A stretch of 64,000 nucleotides of DNA from an uncultured Bacilli bacterium (GTDB lineage Bacteria > Bacillota_I > Bacilli_A > RF39 > UBA660): contig CANQQV010000004.1 in the NCBI GenBank assembly GCA_947626095.1, positions 65,934-129,933 on the forward strand. The letters are read 5' to 3'. The notes under the pieces were generated by a model. It did no database searches and was not told where the DNA came from. It was given only the letters and a program-made list of their open reading frames with translations. Numbering within the stretch: position 1 is the first letter of the stretch; every line of letters begins with the position of its first letter. A program made the translations under genes and the position numbers. Below are positions 57,701-64,000 of the stretch, piece by piece.

Positions 57701-58588
57701 ATGATTATAGTTATAACAGGACCTACAGGTGTCGGCAAAACTAAACTAAGTATCGAACTAGCTAAAATATATAATGGCGAAATAATTAATGCTGATTCCA
57801 TGCAGGTATACAAAGAGTTAGATATTGGAACCGCTAAAGCCACATTAAAAGAAAGAGAAGGTATACCTCATTATCTTTTAGATATTAAATCACTAACAGA
57901 AGATTATAATATCTATAATTACCAACTTGATTGCCGTTCCAAAATTACCGAAATAAAAAATAAAAACAAAATTCCTATTATTGTCGGTGGCACAGGTTTA
58001 TATATTAAAGGTGCCTTATATGATTACCAATTATCATACGAAGAAACTAAAGATGAAGAATTTAACGACTTATCCAATGACGAAATCTATGAAGAACTTA
58101 TAGCATATGATCCAGATTTAAATATTGATAAAAATAATCGTCGTCGTTTAGTAAGATACCTAAATAAAAAACGCAAAGAAACTTTAATAACTAAAACTAA
58201 ACCAGAACTATTATATAATGACGTTATCTTTATTGGTTTAACTACTGATACCGAAAAACTATATAGTATAATTGATAAAAGAGTCGATAAAATGATTTTA
58301 GATGGCTTAGTTGATGAAGTAAAAGCCCTTCATAAAAAGTATCCCGAAAGTCGCGCCTTAAATACAGCCATCGGTTATAAAGAATTAATCGATTTCTTCG
58401 AAGATCAAAGTACTTTTAACAATAGTATTGATTTAATCAAAAAGAATTCAAGAAACTATGCTAAAAGACAATACACCTTCTTTAATAATCAATTAAACTT
58501 ACATTGGTTTAACGTTAATTACGAAAATTTCCAAGAAACAATAAATGAAGTAATAAATTATATTGAAGAAAAACAAAAAGAGCAATAA
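57701..58588 (+). CDS. miaA: tRNA dimethylallyltransferase
   Basis: GPTGVGKT, NADSMQVY, IGTAK, GGTGLY, IGYKE, YAKRQ. Confidence 0.97.
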   Translation: MIIVITGPTGVGKTKLSIELAKIYNGEIINADSMQVYKELDIGTAKATLKEREGIPHYLLDIKSLTEDYNIYNYQLDCRSKITEIKNKNKIPIIVGGTGLYIKGALYDYQLSYEETKDEEFNDLSNDEIYEELIAYDPDLNIDKNNRRRLVRYLNKKRKETLITKTKPELLYNDVIFIGLTTDTEKLYSIIDKRVDKMILDGLVDEVKALHKKYPESRALNTAIGYKELIDFFEDQSTFNNSIDLIKKNSRNYAKRQYTFFNNQLNLHWFNVNYENFQETINEVINYIEEKQKEQ

Positions 58589-58595
58589 TGCTCTT

Positions 58596-59546
58596 TTAAT
58601 TTGTCTTAAATTCTAAATAGATATTTTCATCGAAATAATGATTATTTTGATCATCATTTGAATTATTATTTTTAAGATCTTGATTTCTTAATTCTTCCGT
58701 ACTTATTAAGAAATAGCTATGTTCTAGTAAGTCTTTACCAGTCGTCGTAACTGGATCATCCCAAGTTAAATCTAAATGATACCATTTATTATCTAAATAA
58801 ACGGCATTCCAAACATGATTAGAAGAAGAAACTTTAAAATTCGGAATCTCAAGCTTATCTAAAATAACTGCCATCGTATCAGCATATCCACTACATATAC
58901 CATAATGATCAAATAAGACCCCATTTATTCTTGCTGAATCATAAGGACTATCATCTTCATTAGCTTTCTTACTATCATATTTTGTATTATTAACGATATA
59001 ATCATGTAATACTTTTATTTTTTCTCGATTATCCATCTTATCATTAACATTTTCTTGGATTATTCTATCAAGTTCAGTTTCAATGTCTTTAATTTCTTTA
59101 CTATTATATAAATGGGTTACTTTAACTGTTATCTCCCCAGATTCATCATATGAAGTTTTAATTGCTTTATAACTATTATATGGATTAATAAAATCATTAA
59201 TATTACTAAGTAAATCATTATCATTACTTAATTTACCTACATCATCCAAACAATCATCATAATCTTCACTACAATAAAAAGTAAATTCATCCCAACCATT
59301 ATTTAATACAGTATAATATATATTAACTAAATCAGTATAACTATCAGGTTCAAAATAACTAACATCTTTCACAAACATATAATCATAATTACGTTCATAT
59401 ATATTACTATCTTTAATAACTGGTTCTCTTTTATTAGTAAAGAATTCATTTATTCTACTATATATTTTTTCATAGTTCATGCCAATTACTACAATAACAA
59501 CTATCCAAACTATAATAAAGACAATTCTTTTAAGCTTTATCATCAT
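58596..59546 (-). CDS. Membrane-anchored transglutaminase-like (Cys-His-Asp) protein
   Basis: GICSGYA, HVWNAV, WYHLDLTWDD. Confidence 0.85.
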   Translation of the reverse strand: MMIKLKRIVFIIVWIVVIVVIGMNYEKIYSRINEFFTNKREPVIKDSNIYERNYDYMFVKDVSYFEPDSYTDLVNIYYTVLNNGWDEFTFYCSEDYDDCLDDVGKLSNDNDLLSNINDFINPYNSYKAIKTSYDESGEITVKVTHLYNSKEIKDIETELDRIIQENVNDKMDNREKIKVLHDYIVNNTKYDSKKANEDDSPYDSARINGVLFDHYGICSGYADTMAVILDKLEIPNFKVSSSNHVWNAVYLDNKWYHLDLTWDDPVTTTGKDLLEHSYFLISTEELRNQDLKNNNSNDDQNNHYFDENIYLEFKTN

Positions 59547-59626
59547 ATCACCATTACTATTATATCATAAGCACCATCTAAGTCCTTAACTTTTTCATAT
59601 AGTAGACACAAAAAAATGAAGTATTA

Positions 59627-59890
59627 TTACTTCATATCTTTTACTTTATTATTTAATCTTGATTTTTCTCTATCAGCAGTATTCTTTTTCATAATACCTT
59701 TGCTAACAGCTTTATCAATGTTCTTTTGTACTTTGTTTAAAGCTTCAGTAGCAGCGTCAACTTCTTTAGCAGCAATAGCATTTTCACATTCTTTAATAGA
59801 GTTTTTAACTCTAGCACTATAATCATGATTTGCTAAAGTTTTCTTAGCTATAACTTTAATTGCTTTTTTAGAACTTTTAATATTAGCCAT
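59627..59890 (-). CDS. rpsT: 30S ribosomal protein S20
   Basis: MANIKSSKK...IDKAVSKGIMKKNTADREKSRL. Confidence 0.96.
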   Translation of the reverse strand: MANIKSSKKAIKVIAKKTLANHDYSARVKNSIKECENAIAAKEVDAATEALNKVQKNIDKAVSKGIMKKNTADREKSRLNNKVKDMK

Positions 59891-60020
59891 ATCTTCGTCG
59901 CTCCTTCCTTTAAATACAAATAGAATTATACTAAAGATTAGGATTAATTGCAAGGTAAAAGAACAAAAAACGTAATTTTTTTATCATTATATCTCTTATA
60001 CTTAAACTGGTGAAAAGATT

Positions 60021-60935
60021 ATGGCTAAAAATTTTAAACCCCGTAAACGTCTAAAACGTAAAATTATTAAAGTTTTATTTATTTTATTTCTAACATTTAC
60101 ATCATTTAATATTACATATCAATTAATATATAAAAATTATCTAAGTAAATTAACTAATGAAGAGATAATAACGCACATTATTAATAGTACCAAAAACAAT
60201 AAAACCTCTAATAAATTCTTAGAAACTTACCAAAATCCCCAATATATCTTACAAAATAACTTTAAATTACTCGGAGATTCAACTCCCACCATTGAAGTAA
60301 ATAATGAAGTAAAACCCCATCAAAACTTGGATATTTATATCTATAGTACTCATGAAACAGAAGGCTACTCAGATAAATACATAGAATTATATAATATAAA
60401 ACCCACCGTTAAAACCATGAACTATATCTTAAAAGATTATTTAACTGATTACGGCTTAAATACATATATTGAAGAAGGTAGTGTTACCGACGTTTTAAAA
60501 GAGAATAACTGGTCATATCGCTATAGCTATGATGCATCTAAAATTCTTATTGAAAATAAAATAAAGGAAAACCCTTCATTAAAGCTTATTATCGATCTCC
60601 ACCGTGATTCATCTTCTAAAACTGCCACAACATATACGAAAGACAATACCTCCTATGCTAAAATCCTCTTTGTAGTCGGTATGGAACATGAAAACTGCGA
60701 AACAAACTTAGCTTTAGCTACTAAGCTAAAAGACTTATTAGACGAAGAACTACCTGGTATAACTAGAGGTATTAGTAAAAAAAGTGGTGAAGGGGTAAAT
60801 GGAATCTATAACCAAGATTTATCACCTAAATCAGTTCTAATTGAACTAGGTGGACAATATAATGAAATAGAAGAATTAAATAATAGTTTAAAAATTCTTG
60901 CTAAAGTAATCTTAAAATACATAGAAGGTGCATAA
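60021..60935 (+). CDS. spoIIP: Stage II sporulation protein P (engulfment autolysin)
   Basis: IYIYSTHETE, SYDAS, IDLHRDS, GIYNQDLSP.SVLIELGG..N. Confidence 0.92.
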   Translation: MAKNFKPRKRLKRKIIKVLFILFLTFTSFNITYQLIYKNYLSKLTNEEIITHIINSTKNNKTSNKFLETYQNPQYILQNNFKLLGDSTPTIEVNNEVKPHQNLDIYIYSTHETEGYSDKYIELYNIKPTVKTMNYILKDYLTDYGLNTYIEEGSVTDVLKENNWSYRYSYDASKILIENKIKENPSLKLIIDLHRDSSSKTATTYTKDNTSYAKILFVVGMEHENCETNLALATKLKDLLDEELPGITRGISKKSGEGVNGIYNQDLSPKSVLIELGGQYNEIEELNNSLKILAKVILKYIEGA

Positions 60936-61267
60936 TGAAAAATAGTCGCCGCGCGTGGATTATCTTCCGTACCATTTTAACTATCTTATTTATCTACTTT
61001 TTAATCAGTTACTACCAAGTAGAAAGTGGAAACTATCAAAATGAATTAACTAAAAAAACCATTATCACGGAAGAAAAAATTAAAGAATTCGAACAAGACG
61101 TCAAAGATGGTAACTACGTTGATATCAAAAACTATACCGAAAATAACTATGTTGATACTCGTACTCCTGTATCTAAGATTGGCAACAAAGTAGGTAGTAG
61201 TATTGATTCATTTATTAACGAAGAAGCAGAAGACTTTTTCAAACTCATCAAAAAATATTTCTTCTAA
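60935..61267 (+). CDS. Single-TM protein coupled to spoIIP, possibly YqxA-like
   Basis: 110 aa, same size and position as Bacillus yqxA; only weak motif resemblance. Confidence 0.5.
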   Translation: MKNSRRAWIIFRTILTILFIYFLISYYQVESGNYQNELTKKTIITEEKIKEFEQDVKDGNYVDIKNYTENNYVDTRTPVSKIGNKVGSSIDSFINEEAEDFFKLIKKYFF

Positions 61268-61324
61268 CTTATTGACTTCCTAAATCCATCTATGATATAA
61301 TCCCTCTCTTAAAGAGGTGGTTAG

Positions 61325-61900
61325 ATGACAAATATAGAACCAAATAAATATCTTCTAGCAATCAAAAGAGGTAACAATGATTACCTCCCATTAGAGTGGA
61401 ACTTAACTTCTTTTTACAATAACGAAAACTTAAATACTTTAGAAGGTATTGATGAATTTACCAAAAAAGTTACTAAAGAAGAACTTTTACTTGAAACAAT
61501 CAAATTAAATATGATTAGCTTAGATGAACGTTTTATTGATTTTACTATCATCTATCCCTCTAAAGATCGTTTTAACGAATTAAAAGAAGGTTGTATCTTT
61601 AAAAACGACAATACTATTTTAGATGAAAATACGATAATTAGTTACATTATTGCCAACAAAAATAATAAAAGTGTTTTAAATAAAATAACTAATCTTTGTA
61701 CTGGTAAAACAAGCGATAGCAAAGTAGAGGAGTTTAAATACTTAATTAAAAACTTAAAACTCTTTATTGACGCTAATCCTGAAGAAACAATTAAAGCTTT
61801 ACAAAGATTTAAAACTATCAACTATGCTAATCGCCGTAGTATTCAAATAAAACTATCTAAAAGAGTAATTATTCCTGAATTAAATAAAGAATATAGTTAA
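61325..61900 (+). CDS. Hypothetical protein
   Basis: 191-aa ORF with GAGGTG RBS, TTGACT...TATAAT promoter-like sequence and terminator at 61900-61922. Confidence 0.7.
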   Translation: MTNIEPNKYLLAIKRGNNDYLPLEWNLTSFYNNENLNTLEGIDEFTKKVTKEELLLETIKLNMISLDERFIDFTIIYPSKDRFNELKEGCIFKNDNTILDENTIISYIIANKNNKSVLNKITNLCTGKTSDSKVEEFKYLIKNLKLFIDANPEETIKALQRFKTINYANRRSIQIKLSKRVIIPELNKEYS

Positions 61901-61991
61901 AGACTACACTAGTAGTCTTTTTATTATAAATATTAAGATAAATTTGCATTATTATCTAAAATAACTTATATTTAATGTAGGAGTGATAATA

Positions 61992-62690
61992 ATGGCTGAT
62001 GAATTTAATCGCGAATTTATGATAGATTACATTTTAAGAGTAACAGACTATACAATGTCTGATATTGATAGATCTGCTAAAAATTTTGGTCAATTATGTC
62101 AAATGTATCGTCGTATCAGTAAATGTATGAGTGAATATCCCGAAGAAATATATAATTATTATATAATTAATAATATACCTCCTGAATATACTTTAGAAGA
62201 ATTATATGAAATGAAATATCAAGAATTATCAGATATTCGTAAAGATTTGGGTATAGTTAAAAAAGGGAAAAAAGTTACAGCTGTTGAACCTGCAGAAGGC
62301 TTAGCTGAAAATGCCCAAATGACGATTGCTGATTTATTAATAGATATAGAAAAACAACCAAAACCACCAATAGAGCCTGAATATGAACCACAAGAACAAT
62401 TCTTAACTCAATCAGAAATTGAAAGCATGTATGGTCCTGACTATAGTAATCATGAATTAGTAAAAATGGGTATCCATCCTGAAGGATATGAACCAGATGC
62501 TGAAAAACAAAAAGAAGAAGAAATATATCTAATGATTGGAACAATTGTTGATTTACATGTTACTATTGCTGGTCACGAACTAACTTATGAAGAATGTTAT
62601 AAAATGCAGGAATATCAAATCAAAGCTTTATATGATATAGCTCTTCGTTTTATACCAAGCGATGAACAAAAATTTATTAAAAGGCCTTAA
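61992..62690 (+). CDS. Hypothetical acidic protein
   Basis: About 232-aa ORF with AGGAG RBS. Confidence 0.7.
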   Translation: MADEFNREFMIDYILRVTDYTMSDIDRSAKNFGQLCQMYRRISKCMSEYPEEIYNYYIINNIPPEYTLEELYEMKYQELSDIRKDLGIVKKGKKVTAVEPAEGLAENAQMTIADLLIDIEKQPKPPIEPEYEPQEQFLTQSEIESMYGPDYSNHELVKMGIHPEGYEPDAEKQKEEEIYLMIGTIVDLHVTIAGHELTYEECYKMQEYQIKALYDIALRFIPSDEQKFIKRP

Positions 62691-62744
62691 GCCTTTTTTC
62701 TTTGCCTAAAATATGATATATTAAAAAGGTAAAGAAGGTCGAAT

Positions 62745-63659
62745 ATGACAGATGATCTAACTAAAAATATCAATAATTTTATTAAATATCTAACTAATGA
62801 AAAAAGATATCCTAATACAACTATTACTAGCTATACTAAAGACTTAGATAACTATTATGGTTTTATTACCGCCAAAAAGATAAATTATAAAATAATAACT
62901 AAAGAAGAAATAAGAAGCTATTTAAAATACTTAGATGAACTTAAATACTCTAAAAGTACTATCTCTCGTATCTTAAGTGCTTTAAGACATTTTTATACCT
63001 ACTTAGTAATTCATAACATTGTCACAATAAACCAATTTAAATTAATTAAAAATCCTAAAAAAGATAAAAAACTACCAAACTTCTTACAAAGCGATGAACT
63101 AGATAAAATCTTTTCTTCTATAGATACCAGCACCCCATTAGGTTTTCGTAATCGTCTTATTATTGAGTTATTATATGCTACCGGCTTACGTGTTTCTGAA
63201 ATTACTAGTCTTAGGCTAGATGATATTGATATCAATAATCGTGAAATAAGAGTAATAGGTAAAGGTAATAAAGAACGTATCGTTTTCTTTGGTGATTATG
63301 CCAAAAAATACTTACAAGAATATCTATCTGGTCCTCGAGAAGAATTATTAAACGGCAACCATTCTAAATTCTTATTAATCAATCACAATGGTGAAGAACT
63401 AACTAGTCGTGGTGTTGAATACATAATTGATGAAATCGTTAAAGAATGTGCTTTAAAACATCATATTTCACCTCACGTATTAAGGCATACTTTTGCTACT
63501 GATATGTTAAATAATGGCGCCGATTTAAAAAGTGTTCAAGAACTTCTCGGTCATTCTTCACTATCTACTACCCAGATCTATACCCATATTACAAACGAAC
63601 GACTACATAGTGTTTATTTAAAAAGTTTTCCACGTCAAGACAAAAAAGTTGACAAATAA
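62745..63659 (+). CDS. xerC: XerC/XerD-family tyrosine recombinase
   Basis: LYATGLRVSE, GKGNKER, HISPHVLRHTFAT, VQELLGH, TTQIY. Confidence 0.85.
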   Translation: MTDDLTKNINNFIKYLTNEKRYPNTTITSYTKDLDNYYGFITAKKINYKIITKEEIRSYLKYLDELKYSKSTISRILSALRHFYTYLVIHNIVTINQFKLIKNPKKDKKLPNFLQSDELDKIFSSIDTSTPLGFRNRLIIELLYATGLRVSEITSLRLDDIDINNREIRVIGKGNKERIVFFGDYAKKYLQEYLSGPREELLNGNHSKFLLINHNGEELTSRGVEYIIDEIVKECALKHHISPHVLRHTFATDMLNNGADLKSVQELLGHSSLSTTQIYTHITNERLHSVYLKSFPRQDKKVDK

Positions 63660-63776
63660 AAATAAATGTGGTAACTTTCTAATCAAGTGAGAGCACATAA
63701 ACATATTGCGAGCTGTGCTGAGTGAAGAGCTTACACGAGAAATCGGAGTCACGAATTATTTATTCGTGGCTTTTTT
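63649..63776 (+). promoter_or_regulatory. Promoter plus short structured leader ending in an intrinsic terminator
   Basis: TTGACA-N17-TAACTT with TGn; AGCACA/TGTGCT stem; GAGTCACGAAT/ATTCGTGGCTT terminator with T-tract. Confidence 0.6.
63732..63752 (+). repeat. 21-nt direct repeat, copy 1
   Basis: TACACGAGAAATCGGAGTCAC. Confidence 0.92.
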
Positions 63777-63818
63777 ATATCTTTTAAACTACGAATAATA
63801 AGAAAGGAAGGTGATTTT

Positions 63819-63953
63819 ATGAAATCATTATATACTTGGCTAGTCATGCTAATAAAAGAAATACAATTTAATGTGCAAAGAAAAATAGGTGAGGTCTATC
63901 TTGGTTTAGATAAAATCACTTATTTCCTTTGTACTCTGTGTGAGTATGTATAG
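63819..63953 (+). CDS. 44-aa small ORF, possible leader peptide
   Basis: AAGGAAGGTGA RBS; MKSLYTWLVMLIKEIQFNVQRKIGEVYLGLDKITYFLCTLCEYV. Confidence 0.5.
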   Translation: MKSLYTWLVMLIKEIQFNVQRKIGEVYLGLDKITYFLCTLCEYV

Positions 63954-63979
63954 TAAATAGCTACATAGGGATTGTTTCC

Positions 63980-64000
63980 TACACGAGAAATCGGAGTCAC
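63980..64000 (+). repeat. 21-nt direct repeat, copy 2 (runs into window edge)
   Basis: TACACGAGAAATCGGAGTCAC. Confidence 0.92.

Noticed and set aside
1482-63235. Short antisense or overlapping ORFs in the track (e.g. 1482..1874, 3946..4212, 14291..14731, 14840..15148, 23097..23333, 29672..29989, 50596..50892, 63011..63235)
   Set aside because: Shadows of well-supported genes on another frame or strand; no RBS or recognisable motifs
62745-63659. Tyrosine recombinase as a phage/ICE integrase or integron
   Set aside because: Length and motifs fit housekeeping XerC/D; no attC-like or att repeats recognised, although the right flank is cut off
63790-63797. TACGAATA, identical to the streptococcal ComX cin-box
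   Set aside because: Single 8-mer that is also complementary to the adjacent terminator arm; no evidence of ComX in the window
63732-64000. 21-nt repeat as a CRISPR array, or the leader as a hammerhead ribozyme (CTGAGTGA...GAAA)
   Set aside because: Spacing of 248 nt is far too long for CRISPR and no cas genes are present; the hammerhead core has an extra base and stems II/III do not form convincingly
1-64000. Mollicute-type genetic code 4
   Set aside because: murG and the exporter gene end in TGA overlapping the next ATG, and long genes are open under code 11

Overview
Very AT-rich chromosomal window from a low-GC Firmicute (Bacilli), standard genetic code with TGA used as stop. The gene content (streamlined sporulation set plus many lineage-specific hypothetical proteins) suggests an uncultured gut lineage such as RF39, but that assignment is an inference. 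Housekeeping genes include murG-murB-divIB, queH, murT-gatD, rpsB-tsf-frr, tRNA-Arg(UCU), rpsU, ybeY-dgkA-era-recO, glyQS, sepF-divIVA, galE, yqeG-yqeH-mutL, miaA, rpsT and a XerC/D recombinase. Sporulation genes include gerM, gerE, spoIIIAH, yqfCD, sigK and spoIIP. The most striking system is an 11.6 kb teichoic-acid-type locus (24.4-36.0 kb) built around a 1451-aa TagF-like/HAD/phosphoribosyltransferase protein that resembles the Haemophilus influenzae type b capsule polymerase Bcs3 but ends in a degenerate second TagF domain. Other notable items are a WXG100-phosphodiester glycosidase fusion, two unannotated double-glycine peptides behind a sigma-H-like promoter, a solo TnpB with a LexA-type box in its promoter and a downstream omega-RNA, a very small glyQS T-box with an unusual terminator, and a duplicated attenuator-like RNA element at the right edge. 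All homology calls are by motif recognition from memory; no searches or alignments were run.
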